Source: Azolla caroliniana
Taxonomy: Eukaryota > Plantae > Polypodiophyta
Assembly: GCA_043228905.1 (NCBI GenBank)
Contig: JBHGNT010000020.1
Span: forward strand, 14,384,001-14,448,000
Direction: 5' to 3'
DNA: 64,000 nucleotides
The notes below the pieces were generated by a model. That model was not told where the DNA came from, ran no database searches, and saw only the letters and a list, made by a program, of their open reading frames with translations. Positions within the stretch are counted from its first letter, which is position 1; each line of letters starts with the position of its first letter. This document shows, piece by piece, positions 13,701 to 28,700 of this stretch. Made by a program: the position numbers and the translations under genes.

Positions 13701-16700
13701 AATTCTCTTTTGTGGCAAGTTTTGAGAAGTTTTCTATATGTCCGTCCCAACTCCTTGAGAGGCTTATTGTTGACAATGCAGGTATTTTTTATTTAGAGCT
13801 TTGCAAAATATATGTCTATTTTTATTACTAGTTCTCTTCATGTCAAGCGTCCAATTATGTAGTTCTTCCATATTTCGTCAATAAAACAAATAATCTACAA
13901 TAAAAAAATAAATCGTGGAAATAATGTGAAATTTTTTTGTAAGTAAAATTGTGGCAAATTTCATCTCTTCTCTATAAAAGTAACGTAAACCCTCATGTAT
14001 TTGGGATAGAAAATGAGCAAATGCTTCCCATCTACGATAGAGACGATGCCTGAGACGACAGAGGCGATGACGTCAAGAAGGGATTCCAGTGAACTCCCCT
14101 TCGTAATTCACCCAATCGCAGATCTGGTCGTCGATGTAGCCGTGTTGAAAGAGGTGCAACAGGAGGTACAGGCTGAAATAACTCATATGCGTCAAATGTC
14201 GGTGGTGGTACATATCATCGGTGGCTGTCCTAGTCGTGGGGAGTTGCGTCATTTGCTGCAGGCGCAATTCCAAGAAAAGCTATCTAGGGTTGTGGATATT
14301 CAATTTTTAGGGAAAGGATGCTATCATATTGAGTTTCTTGTTGCGGAGATGGTGATGAAGCTACTCCGAATGGGATCTACAAGGATTAATGGCATTCAGA
14401 TGCATTTCTTGCAATGGGAGCCTAGGTTTGACCTAAATGCGATTAGTGAACATCTATCTAATTACTTTGTTTTTTCTGTCATGCTTCCGGGTTTACCAAA
14501 AGAATGGAGACCAGTGATGCCACATATGGCCTCATTGATTGGTCAATTAATTGATGAAGAATCTAATGTAATGCTACATGTGGCTGGGAATCTCAACCTA
14601 CCATATATACGATTAATTGGACATAAGGCATGACATTACCCACATATGTTAGGCTGCTCGCTATGTTTCAGGCCCCACTGAGGGTCCAAAGAGTTAAATA
14701 TTCTAGACTTCCTAATCAATGTTTTAATTGTAATCGTATTGGTCATTTGGTCAAAGATTGTCCTGTTTGAGATGACGAAATTATACAAAAGCATTCTGTT
14801 AGCAACACAAATGGTGAGGGTTGGACGGAAGGCAGGAGGAAGTATGGTAGGAAATCCTCGATGAGGACATATTATGATGTAGGGTTAATTCTAGAAAGAC
14901 ACCAAATGCAAGTCATGATAGTCCACAAGTTAATCAATCGGATTTACAAATAATCCCTTTTAGTAATAATGATGTACCAAGTGGTAGAGAGGAGGATTAT
15001 GATATTGTAATTGACAATGATATTGTAAGTTCTATGAAGGAGAAGCCCTTGAAGGAAGGGAATGATCACGAATAGATGATAACTTTCGATCCTTCCTTAT
15101 TACAAGGTGAGGCTAATATGGAGTTGGCGATGACCCAGGTAGAAAAGACTAAAGGGATTACATCTGTGATATCATTGGAGGAGGGTTATATGAACGATCC
15201 ACACTACTCTAGAAGGTTAACTCGGGCTAGAACAAAGGCCTTAACAAGCCATGGTAAGAATGCACAAGGATTCATGCTTTAAAAATCGGTTGTACAATCA
15301 TATACTATGGTTATGAATGGAGGTGTGATGGTGGATGGAAAGACCACACTCTCTTCCTCACTAAAGAAGGATTCCTATGCAGAAGTTGTGGCTAGGAAAC
15401 CTTGGAAAGGATTCAAGATTGCCGAGCAAATTACTAAGCCTAAGAAAGCAATGGTGGAGGAGAAGAGGAGGAAAGGTAAACAACTTTTGTTAGCCTATGA
15501 ATAATTTTCACATTGTATCATGGAATGTTCAAGGATTGGGTGGACTTAAACACAAAAATTTAAGGCTAGACTTAGACAAAATTTACATAAAAGCTTCATG
15601 AGGTCTGTAGATATAGTTTCTGTAAAGAATTGGGTATGATTCTTGTGTAGCGGAATAGGTGAGAGATGTGCGTTATGTGAGTGTGTGTGAGAGAGAGTGC
15701 GAGAGACAAGGAGTAAGACTCAGAGAATACGCAAGGTTAAGTATATTAACAAAGGAGAAAGACTCAACATTATACAAGGTGGGAGGAGGGTGCTTTATAT
15801 AGTCACCCTCTCTCTTCATTAACTACAAGACTCATGGAGCATGGGGAATGTGAAAGCTCATAAGTTATGTGTCATAGAATATGATTCTATGACGCATACT
15901 AAATGCTAGAATACAAAGTGGTGACATAATGGTGACTCTTGATCATTGGAGTGTCTATTCACTCTCAAGGTGAGTTCACAAACTAGACCAAGTTGAGCTT
16001 GATTCTCAATAGTTTTTCGACAAGAACATCGTTTGAGTCCCACAAGGATCGATTCTTATGGGTCCTTGTTTAGTGGTTCGTCGACCCATTTTTGGAGTCC
16101 TGCAATTGGTGAATCCCACAATAAAGCTGGTGTTTGTAAAGCATTAACCCAGAAATGGTATTCTCATGTGATTGACTATAAGATTTTAGTGGAAGGAAGA
16201 ATACAATTTATTATTTTAGAAATCCAAAATCTACAATTGGGTTTTATAAATGTATATGCTCACCATGTAGCAGTAGATAGGAGGAGGTTGTGGTCTTATA
16301 TATGTGATACTTTACCCCAGGTGGATCATTGGTGTATGGCTAGAGATTTTAATATGATTGAGGATAAGTTAGATAGAAGTGGGGGTAGCCAAGCTGTTTT
16401 ATATGGTTCAGAATTGAGCTTTTGGGAGAGGTTGTGCTTTAAGTATGGTTTTCAAGATACTTGGTGTTCTCCCTCATTTAGCAAACATGTTGAATCTTTG
16501 CAATTCTCTAGATCAGATAGACGGGTATTAGGTGCTAATATATCTGGATTAGACAAATTCTATGCTAATGACTTCTTTATAGCATTAGGAGGATTATTAC
16601 AGATATTAGCTGGGACAACTTTCTTAGATCACTCACCTCTTATTGTTACTTTGAAAAAAGTGGAAAAAAGGAAGTCCTTTAGGACAGCTATACCCTCTTC

Positions 16701-19700
16701 CTTGTATGTGGATGTTACCCTTAGAGGAGAAGTTTTAACAATTTGGAAGGATACATGTATATCGCAATTGATGGTGTGTGATAGAGTTGCAAATACAATT
16801 GTTAAAGTTAGTAATTGGTTTTGTACTACAACACAGGAGGAACGATGTCAACTCAAAACTAAGATCTTGAGTATGAAACGAGTGGTTGCTTCTTTGCAAC
16901 ACTTTCAGCAACGGATGTCATGGGTTACGTGGGTGATGTTAGAATTAAATAATGAAAAGGATAACCTTGGTAAATTACAAGATAATTGGGCTCAATGCAC
17001 TTATAATGCATTTGTTGCAAAGTGGGCACAAATGGGGGATAAAGTGTCTGCTGATTTTTTCAAATTTGTAACTACAAAAAAAACTTGTAACAGGATGAAA
17101 CAACTATAGAGGGATGATGGATCCATTATTGAGGATGCCAGAGAAATGAAGGATATTGCTATGAAATTTTATTGGATGAAGGATATTGCTATGAAGGATA
17201 TTAGGAGGATTCTTACAAGATAGGAGTATATTGGATAACGTCTTCTTATTTTGGGAAGCGGTTGCAATTTCACAAGAAAGGAAAGAGGACTTAGCCATCT
17301 TGTTGTTGGATTTCGAAAAGGCCTATGACAGAGTAGATTGGTCTTTTTTGAGGGGTACCATGTAAAAGTTAGGTTTTCCTAATCAATGGTTGACGGTTGT
17401 CTCAGCTCTTTATAGCTTAGCTACTAGTAGGGTATTAGTAGATGGAGAGTTAGGCCAAGCATTCGTAATTTCGAGGTTAGTGAGATAGGGATGTCCGTTG
17501 GCTCCTTTTTTATATTTGATTATTGGAGAAGGGTTTAGTAGTTTTCTTACAAGTAATCCTGTGAATATAAAAGGGATACAATGGCCATGGTTAGAGGAAC
17601 AAGTTGTGGATTGTCAATTTGCTGATGATACAACCTTGTATTTGCAAGGTTCTAGCGACAATCTTTCCAGAGTACAACATGCTACCGATACATTTTGCTA
17701 TGCTTTTGGAACTATGATTAATTGGAATAAATCGGTGGGGTTCTGGGTAGGTAACACAATAAACCCTTTGTGGTGCCCACAAGAAGGGTTTCAATGGATT
17801 CCGCATGGGAAACCTATAAGATACTTGGGGTGCTAGGTAGGTATTAATATTTCGCCGGAAGATCATGTAGCTCCTCTGTTGCTTGCTATAAGGAAGAAAT
17901 TGTTATATTGGAATACTGCTAAATTCTCATTGGCAGGAAGGGTTTTCATTGCCAATCAAGTATTCTTGGCCTCCATGTGGTACATTTTATCGGCTTGGCT
18001 GTGCTCACGTTCTGCTTTATCGCAAGTACAAAGGCTTATTAGGAATTTCCTTCGGGGATCTAAAGATTATTCTTATGTGAGAGCCAAGGTATCTTGGAAA
18101 GTTATTACAACTCCAAAGCATGAAGATGGTCTTGGTTTGATTGACCCTCTTTTACAATGTAAGACTTTAGTGGGAAAACTTATGATAAGAGGTTTGTTGC
18201 CTGGTGGGGAGCCTTGGAAAAAAATCTACCGGTGGCAATTGGAAAGATAGTATTAGATGATGTTTTTTAAGAGATTTTAACCATTCCATTGATATTTTTT
18301 GCCAAGATAAGTTTTTGCGAGGTATCATGAAGGTATGGTGGGACTTGAAACATTACTTAGTCCAATCTCTACCATCATGTAAGGAGGAATGGTTGCGTCA
18401 ACCCCTCATATTGAACCCACTATTTACATCAGAAGATGGGGTAATGAACTAGGGAAGAGAACTAGGTTGAATTGGGCTGACTTTGATAAAGGTGAAGCTA
18501 AGTCAGTTGGGAATTGGCTGACTTTTTCTTCTTCAATGATGGAAAATAAAACCCAAGTTTGTAGTGCAATTTGGGCAGGGAATATTATGTATTCAAAAAT
18601 GGATAGAGTCTTTACAAGATCTTCCTTTCAACCGTCTCAAACTAGTCTGTTTTGGTATGGTATGTTTTCATCCCTACATGTCTTATTGGGGGTTAGGGGT
18701 TATAAAAACTCTCACGAATGCTTGTACTTCAATGTTTTGCCTTCTGGACGACTTCATTCTCTCTTTGTGGAAGATGAAATTGTAACTCGAGGGAATAAGT
18801 TGCCTATTAGTGTATTATGGAAGAAAGATAAAAAATGGATATTGAACCCACATCCAAATGATGTAAACAATCTCTCTGATTTATGGGTCTATGAGACTAA
18901 GCCCATTGATCGCCTTTTGTGGGATCTTGGTGAGTGGAAATGGCAAATCAGATCAGCGCAAGGAATGTTAGGAAAGCAAATCCCATTTTTCAGTATTCGA
19001 TAAAAATGGGTAGAGAAATGCTAAGGAGAGGTGTGACTGTTACACCAGCAGCTTGTAAATTTTGGAGACTTAGTAATGTAATAGATTCTTGGTTGAATGC
19101 TTATTGGAAATGGTTATGGGCCATGCAAATTCATGAAAAGGTTTTGTTATTTAGATGCTTATTGACACATTATGGCATTCCTATGAAGTCTTGGATGTGG
19201 GGACATTGTCAGGATTTAAAATGTGACAATTGTGGTTCCCCCATAGAATCGGTTTACCATGTTTTATGGATATGTCCTATTGCTAGAGCAGTTTGGAAAA
19301 GAATGTTGAGAATGTTATATCCTATTTATGGTAGGCAGGTGTACCCATGGGGTTTTGTGAGATGGGGAAGATTGGCTAAGGAAATTCAAAACTATGAAAA
19401 GGAATCTGGTGAGTTCCTTCTCCTCTCCGATGGGAGACATGTATTGGAGATCTCTGATATTGCATCAGTTCATTGTTTTGAAGAGCATATGGTCTAGTCT
19501 ACGGTATCTTCTCTAGTCATTTGGGTATTGTGGAAGGCTAGATGTAAATGTGTATTTCAGAAAGTAAAACAGAATGCAATGGACTTAGTCAAAGAGGTAT
19601 GGTTAATGCTCGTATACACGTTAAGAGGTCAATATGATGCAATAATGGGTGAGCTTGAGGTTGTGATTCGTAGACAACAACAATTTCAAGAAATTTGGAA

Positions 19701-22700
19701 AAACACTGAGGTTTTCATCTCGTGGAGAAAGATTAAAGTGGAGATATGCTCCACCAAGATGGCTTTTTCCACCCCCCGTCTTGGAACAACTTTCATGAGG
19801 GCTTTTGATAATTGACATTCTGGTTGATGTGGATATGAGGGTTGTAATATATTGAATGAATTCGTTGTAGCCTTTCGGCATCTTTCCATTAATACCAAGG
19901 TGAACCTTCTAATTAAAAAAAGAAGAAGAAGCTTCCCATCTACTAGAACATGTCATTTGGAGTGGTTGTTTATTCTATATCCTCTTGTAATACTAGTTTG
20001 CATCAAATTGGATTAACAAATTATAGCCTCATGTAAGTTTGACAAAACATGCCTTCAACAACAATTTCTTGCATTAGGTGTAACAATATGACTAAGAATA
20101 ATCCTAAACTCTCATAGGTATAATATTCAAAATGAGTCCTTTTACTAAATGATTGAGCATTAACCTTAAACAATCTCAGTTTATCCATTTTATATTTGAC
20201 TCATGGTGGCAAATGCATATTGTCTAATACGATTGGCTAACATGTATTATGTAACCTAAAGTGCATATTTTCAAACAAAGATGAGTTATGGGATTGGGTA
20301 CAACATGATATAAAGAATCATCTTGCTTTCAAGAATGAATTAATTCACTTAAGCCATGTGCACGAGGTTTCCATCCCTCTAAAACAATAGACTTTGAGAA
20401 AGTAGAGCAACGTGGATGTATGATCAATTCTAGTGGGAAAACGTTTATAGGAAAAAGATTAATTTTAAAAGCATTCCATGCAAGAACCATCATTTCCTTA
20501 GTTCTAATAAAACATAATAAATACATCTAAAAATAAAAGGGAATTAAATACCTCGTTGAGAAATTCTTGTGTTCCTTGTTGTGAGGTGTGTGACAATATT
20601 TTAACTGCTACATCTAAACCATTTGTAAGGATTCCCTTATATACTGAACCAAAACCACCTTCACCAAGGATCATTGAAAAATTATCCGTTGCAATTGCGA
20701 TCTCTTGATATGTGAATTGTTGGGCAATATTAATAGCGTCAATGAAATCTTCTTTCTTAATTAGTACCTTTTCAGCAATATTAACTGTACATAAAATAAA
20801 ACATTCTTAACTACCATTTAAAAGTTAAATTTTCAAATATTTTAAAGCCATCATAAGGATCTTAACTCTAGATGTGAATGATGAAGCATTTATATCAAAA
20901 AAATCTTAAGGAAAAAGAAAACCTCCCTATTATTGAGGATATTACAACATACCTTGAGGATCTTGGTACTTATGTGTGGTAGGTTGTACTATTTGAATTT
21001 GATTTGTGACATTTTCTCGTTTCTTTCTCCGTTTCACAATGCATAGAATTGCTACTATAATGATAATAACAAATAGTATAGCCCCGATACTTGCTCCAAT
21101 GATTAAAACAATGTTATTTTTTGTTTGTTTTGGTGAGGATGGGGAACTCAAGCAAGTAGCATTGTTTGGAATACATAAAAAGTTATTTCCTTCATATCTA
21201 TAAATTCATCATTTTCCAAGTATATGTCAATACATTATATTTATTAGTGTAACTTCAAATCTTAAAATATAATAAGCATGCGTCTTGATGTAGATCTATA
21301 CATATTATATATTGCACCAATACATAACATAATACTAAAGTTTCTAACAACTTGGGCATTATATAATAATATCTCCTACTAATACTATGAATATCCTCGT
21401 AATACTAAAAAAGAGTTTATTTAGTTGATACTCATGGCGATTGTTTGCTTTCCTATCTCGTTAACTACATGGATAAACATTTTTGCGATGTGAATTTATA
21501 GGGCCTAATAAAGCTTTTCATTTGATGCTAAACATATGATGTTATAGTTATAACAAATACCACTTTAATAAAAAATTCTCCTCTTTCCTTTGAAATTCTC
21601 GAGATTGCTCCAACAAAAAGAGATTTGGCCATGATTTTATCATAAGACAAACATAAAAATTCTCCACAAGAATAATAATGATGAAATTTCGACCAAAAAG
21701 CCCTTTAGAGGAAGGTGCCACAACTATGCAAGTAAGCTAGATATCGGAAGGATCATAAAGGCAAAAGCATTTAGTCAAAGTCATTTGGTTTCAACAAATA
21801 TCAAAAGTTCTTCTGCAGACTTGGTTAATGATCACAAGATGGAGTCATAGAGGAATCCCCTTTTACATGTCTTCATAAAAGGGTGCTCTAGTGTAGAAGC
21901 GTCCACACATACTTTGTGTAACGTGTTGTCATGATATGGTGGGTCCGAAAGAGGAATAAGGAGTAAAACTGGGGGGAATGGAACAATGAAGAAACCAATG
22001 TAAATACGTAAATATAAAATAATTTTTTATATAATAGTAAACTGTTAATGACCTATTTGTTAAGGTTATTAATTGTGTGGAGAATGTTTAGGGTTTAAAT
22101 ATTAATATGTGGGGGTATTACCTACATCTTTTTTGCCATTTTGATGGGAGGATTATGAATGACTATTTAATGGAATGGCTGAGCCTTTTCACTCACTATA
22201 ACTAGGGGAATTGAGGGCTCAATCTGGGGTTAGAAGGGGATTGGATGAGCATTTAATGTAATAGGTGAGCATTTTCTCTTACTATAAGAAAGGGAGTTGA
22301 GGGGATTAATTTGGGGTTGAACATATTGGATTTTAGAGTGTTTTTGTGGAAGGTCATGTCTTCTTCTTTTCTTCCTTGAGTTTAGGGTTTCTTGATATGT
22401 GGGGTGAGAGTGGATATTGGGCCATGTCTCTTGTTTCTTACTTGGGCTAATTGTGGTGGTTCTTACTCGAAGAAGGGGAACAAATGGAGAAAAGAAGCTG
22501 TTGAAGAGGACAAGAAAGAGGGCATGGAAAGCTACAGTAACAAAGGTGCGATAATCGTTGCTAATTGAACTCGGGCCATTAAAACTCAAAGTTCTTCCTC
22601 ATTTACTTTTACTATCCAAACAACTATTATTTGTAAAGAACTCTTTGTATTTTCCACTTGCAATCACTCATTGTAAACCTTATAATATTTTGTAAGTAAA

Positions 22701-25700
22701 TTTCTTTGTGATGAGTTTATCTAAGCATTATTGTATTAAACATTATTAGTTAGCTAGTCATAATCCCTATTATCCTTGTGTGATCATAGTAAATGAAGGG
22801 GAAGGTTTACAGGATTTTGGTGTTAACCAGTGAGATGGTTGATGTGGAAATTGAGCTTTTAATAAGGATGAACGTTGATGGTGTGGAGGTTAGAAGCATA
22901 TTCCTAAGGGTCGACAACGCATGTACTTGATCAAATTATTGGATCCATCTTCCCTTGAACGGATAGTCATTATTCCTTTTCAAATGAAGATCAAGGAGAT
23001 ACGGATTCACCATGAGGGATAGTTGTGGGCTAACCAAGGTGGCACACCGCAGTTTCCATCAACATGGTTCATCATGTTTCATGTGACATTACAAGAGTTG
23101 CAAGTTGGAGAATAGGTTAAAGGAAAATAAGGATAATTGTTATCATTATGGAGTTGGAGGACACGTTCACATTGAAACGGATGATGGCATAAGAGCAAGC
23201 GGTGAGGACTAACCATTATGGCCTACTACGTTGTATGTTCACTACATATACAAGGTCTCATTTCATTCTTTGAATCATCTTTCACAACCCTTCTTTGTGG
23301 TTTTCATTGGTCATCATGGGTAAAGCCATTGTACTATTTTCAGCCTAATCATTTTGTCATGTATGCAAAATTTGTACTAATGAAGAATAATTTCTCAAAG
23401 AAATAAAGGGAGTGACACTATGGGAAGTTTGACTCTTGGTTTTAATGGTAGCAAGATTTCCTGGAACTAGTATGTCGTCAAAATAAGATTTCCTGGAGCC
23501 AAGTATTCCTCAAAGCATGAAGTTCTTGAAACTGGATCCCTTGAGGTACCTTGAGGTAGGTAGTTATTCTTGATCCTTATAATCGTTATGATGAATGAGG
23601 GAGGTTGATTGTTGGCGTAGATGGTAGGAAGGTTTCTTTGAACCACTAGTTCCTCCAAACAAGATTTCCTTCAACCAACACCTTCTAGAAAGAAGATTTC
23701 CTTCAACAAAGATTTCTTTGAAGCACGGAATTCATCAAAGAGATAATTCCTCAAAGTTGGATTTCCTCTATCCAAAACATTTTCTCGAAGTAGGAATTCC
23801 CTTAGAAAAGGATTTCTCAAGCTAGGTGTTTTCAAATGGTTCCTTGAGCCAAGTATCATCAAGCTCGGTTTCCTCAAATCAAGTTTTTTTGATTTAAGAT
23901 ATAACAAATAGAATTCCTCAAGAGGTATATTTCAAAAAAAAGAAAAGCAGCTACATGAGAGCAACCCACGGAGGAACCTAAATATTCTCTCATGATATTA
24001 TGTCTTGCATGGTTTATGTCCTTTGTGGCCCATGTACATGTCATGTTTTCACGATAACACCTTGGCAATAGAGTGAGCCAATACATGATCATTGGAAGTT
24101 CCAATTTGGAACTGATGGTGGTTGGTGGAAGCTGAAGACAAGCTATTGAGAACTCCCACGCAACAATGACAAAATGTGACTTTAGGGACTACTAAGTAGT
24201 TCTTCTTGTAAAAGAAAATTGGGCAAACATTCAGAATGCTAACATTCTCAAAAGTTAGCAATGAAATACACTAAGAAAGATGTAGGGTATCCCTATGGTA
24301 GAAAACCTAATAAATGTTATATTATTAGCACCTATAGATTGATAGAGATCTTATCTCTTTGAAAAGAACCCACTTTTTCGTCATGTTTACTGGTTAGAAT
24401 TGTTTGTATGTATTCACTTGATTTATAAAGATACCATCCCTTGAGTAGTGTATATTTTTTGAGATACCATCTCCTGAGAGTATCATAGACATTAAACTTG
24501 ATGAAGATAAAAAACATAGTTCTCAATTTTTCATAGAGTTCAAATTTTTTTAATTCTTGTAGATCTTGATGATAATGCAACTCATACTTTTGAGTCTTAG
24601 AAAAGATCCTTAGCAATGAGACTAAAGTGGATGTTTTGTGGAAGAAAATTAACACATTTGAAACGAAGGATGCTTTGAGTAAGTTATGATTAAAAGGGTA
24701 GTGGAATTTAGATACTAGGATCACTTAGTACGACAGAGCACCTAAATATATTTTGAGCAATGATCAATCACACTATCTCACGACAATATGTCTCGAAGAT
24801 GAGGCATTGACTTTATTGTAGCTTGGCATACTACCATACAATTGGGAGGTGCTTGTGGTGACACTTGGTTCAATTAAGCATCACAAGGAAAGTTGTTGAT
24901 CTTGGATACACTTAAATCTAGATATTTAATGACAATGAAAGACGAAAGGAATATGATTCAAGCTTTCAGCCTAAAGCGCTAGCTAAACAATCAAATTCAA
25001 ATAGAAGAAAAATCAATATTAGGGGTTTATGTTTAATAAAAACAACTTCAAGCGGCTCTTCACCTAGGCATTAGAGGTATGGGGGGTTCTTAATTCCAGT
25101 CTCTTCCAGAGGCTATGATAGTCATCATTAGGAATCTAATTTTTGTCTTCCCTTTCTAACAACCTCTCAAGCAAACGTATGTAGCCCATGTATGGAAAAC
25201 CGTAGCTATGGTTATAATATGGATCTTATAGAAGTATCGTTCTAAAAGACGATATGATTCCATAATTCCTCTTCTCTGAGATATATTCCTGGAATTATGG
25301 GTGAGCTTATTGGCGTTAGTGCGAGGGCACTATGACAATATGCTAGGCTCTTCGGAGTTTGTTCTTAAGAAAAGGAAAAATCAGTGCAGTTACGGAGGAC
25401 ACTGCCTCTGTTCACAGTCTCCTCTCAAGGATTGATATGGAAATATCATCACCCTTGGTCCTTGCCCTAACCATCACTTTTTGTATATAACACTTTCTAA
25501 TCATATATTTTGTAGCCTTCCGACACTTTTGTTAATACTAATGAAGGAAATATTTTGGGAAAAGAAAACCACCCGAAGGGGGATTAAGTCTAGGAATCAT
25601 AAATATTTTCGGAAAAAAAATAGAGTAGAAAAATAAAAATGCAAATCCGAAGAACAAGAGAATAGACAATAGAATAGCCATAGTTGATGGTAAAATTGTT

Positions 25701-28700
25701 GTTGCTTCTAACGGTGCTTGTATTAGTTTAGCATGCTAGAAAATTTATAGTTTATTAGATTCAAAAACTTGAAATTATATTACCTTGTATTTGGAGATGT
25801 TGACATCATATACTAGTGGTAGCTTTGATAGAGTGAAAATGACCAACTGGGATGTAATTAATAAAGATTGTTGACATAGTAAATCTCATTTCAATGACAT
25901 AAATAGGTTATGCACTCTTCTTTTGGCATGTTTCAGATGTTCAACCCAATATAATTTATGTCTGGAAGCTTGATGATGAGGGTTATTCAAATTACTTTAG
26001 TGAAGGAAGATGAGTTCACTGGAGGTTCTTTGATTGCTTCAAAATGTCAAAAGCTATGTTTTCTATGATATCTAATGATATCTAATGAATCTAGTGCTTT
26101 GCATTGAAGCCTAAGAATCATATGTTTGAGATCTTTTGGAGTTTTTAGGCAAGTGTTGAAAGAGAACTTTGAAGGAAGTTAAAATGTGTTCGTGAAGATA
26201 AGGATGATGAATATTATGGATCTTTGGATGGTTATGTTGTAGACAAAGTTTGAATAGGGAAAGATGTGTCATTCAAGGACTTAAGTGTTTGGTTGCACGG
26301 CTTACGTAATTCAAATTCCAAAAGTTAATAAACTGAAGCTTGATGACAAGTGCCAATGATGTACCTTGTTGAGATATGGTGATGAAGAGCTTGCTTATAT
26401 AGATTTATGTGAGGTAGAGGCTAGAAAGGTTACCAAAAGCAAAATATATTATTCCATGAGGGTTGAAGGTTACTAGATTATGAGCAACGTGAGATACAAA
26501 ATTTCAATCTTAAAATTTTCACTCACCATTGATTTATCCCCTTCAATGATTATTAGGGTCACAATGGAGATGTGGATAATGAGTATGGTGATTTAGTTTA
26601 TGAAAATGAGCCAATGGCTGATAATCAAATTGCACCTTCATGGATTCATAATATTTCTTTCGTTCAATCACAAGAGAAAATGGTCGAACGGAATATAAGG
26701 TAGAGAGAAGCTTCTAGATATAGTCTGAATGAATATCTTATCTTCACAGATGGGGGAGAGCTAGAGAACTTCAAAGAGGGTTTTATTGTTGATAGGAGAG
26801 AGAAATAATTTGAGGGCATGATTCAAGAGATGAGTCTTTGATAAATAATCACACCAACCACCAGGTGAAGTTGTTTGAGGGCAAGAAACATCTTGTTTTA
26901 TAGTTTCAAGATAGAGGAACATTGCTCACAACTAAGATGCAAGGCGACATCCATTATGAAGGGGTTCAATAAGAAAAAAAGTATTTATTTTGAGGAAATT
27001 TTCTCACCTCGAAACAAGTTGTCTTCAATCAGAGTGGTGGTTGGGATTGCATTAAGTTCAAATCTTGATGATGATAAAGATTGGCAAGTCTTTGTTCTAT
27101 GAAGGAGTAGGTATCAAACATTAGAGCAAACAAGAAACTTTGGCTATTTCAACAAAACATGCTAAAACTGTTCTTTAGAGATTCAACATGGTTAAGTGTA
27201 AGGTAGTCAACATAGAACTCGTAGGTCACTTTTAACTCAGTTCCAAATGTTGCCTTACAAGAAAGAAAGAAGAAGAAGAAAACTTATAAATTGAATATGA
27301 CCCTACAAGAGAGAAAGATATTGAAAACCTATAAATTGAATAAACAATATTGAAGAGGCATATCTAGGTTTCATTAAAATGTGGGTATAAGAAAACTTTG
27401 TTGGGGTACATGAATGCAGATACGACCCGTGACAATGGTACTAGGAAGTCCATATTTGTGTACATTAAAGATGTTTGCAATGGGAGTTGTCTCTTCACAA
27501 TCAAGACTTCAAAAGAAAGTGGCATTATCCATAATAGAGGTAGAGTATATTGTTGAGACAAAAGCTTGTAAAGAGATGTTGCAGTTGAAGAACTTTCTAT
27601 ATGTGTTGGGTGTGGTAACTAAACATATGTAAAAACTTAGTATTTCATACACAAAGAATTAGAATCTATCCCCACAACAACCAAAGACTACGCGCGGTTG
27701 AGTCAGAAATTGCATTCAATGATTCTCTTGGAATTGGTTTATCCACACCGGTAGGTTGGCTAAAAGTGATGGAATGCTTGCACCAATCCACTATTGGTGT
27801 ATGCCACAATACACCAACGACAATTGGTAGAGAATAAATTCTTCCTAGTGGGATCCTCTTGAAAGCACTAACATAAAGTTTTCTTTTGCAAGTAAAATTT
27901 TCTTCCTAGTGGAATCAAGAGAGGTTGGCGCCCATATGAAGGTAGAACTAAATTAGAGACTTACCTCGAACACAAACCTACCCTATGATGTAGTTGAATT
28001 ATGTGAGCAAGGAAAAATCAGGTAAAGGAAATCTTTAGTTTTCTAGCTCATGCTGTGATTAGACATTGTTATTTTCTAGGTATTTAGGGAACCTCATCTA
28101 TATTTACTTTATGAGATTAGTTTTGAGTCCCCTTCCTTGACACTACTAAATGAGATGATTGGCACCCCACAATAAAGACTGGGGCAATTGTCTTGTCGAT
28201 GTTATCATTGGGCACCCGTCAATGGTTCAAAATTGTGCCCGATCAATATCTATATGGACACTACTATAGGTAGAGGATGTTGAGCTTAATGTGATAGATG
28301 GGATTGTCATCTCTGATTCTATCATTGACAAAATTGGAAGAGATGATTATTGCATTTCAAACCACTTGCAAAATTTCTAGCATCACTGACAATATGTCGT
28401 TGGTATATTGTTAGGGCTATATGCAAATGAGAAGAAGAACTTGATTTATAAATCCTTGCAGAAACATCCTCACTCCATCGAGTTTATCAGGTAAACTAGC
28501 CTTAGGCTAAATTGAGTTTGATTGTCAATAAGAACACTTTAACTGTATTTAAACGATCTTGTTGAGGATCGAGGTTCATTCAACATAATATAGATGAGAT
28601 CTCAAAACCTTCCTTACCTTCCATGTTGTATCAATATTTGGCTGATTTAGAATAGATGAAGTATTATTATTCATTATGCGCTAAATGATATGTTGCTATT

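Noticed and set aside
14013-14035. LINE ORF1 start at 14013
   Set aside because: This ATG lies outside the element, upstream of the TSD. The element starts at 14036.
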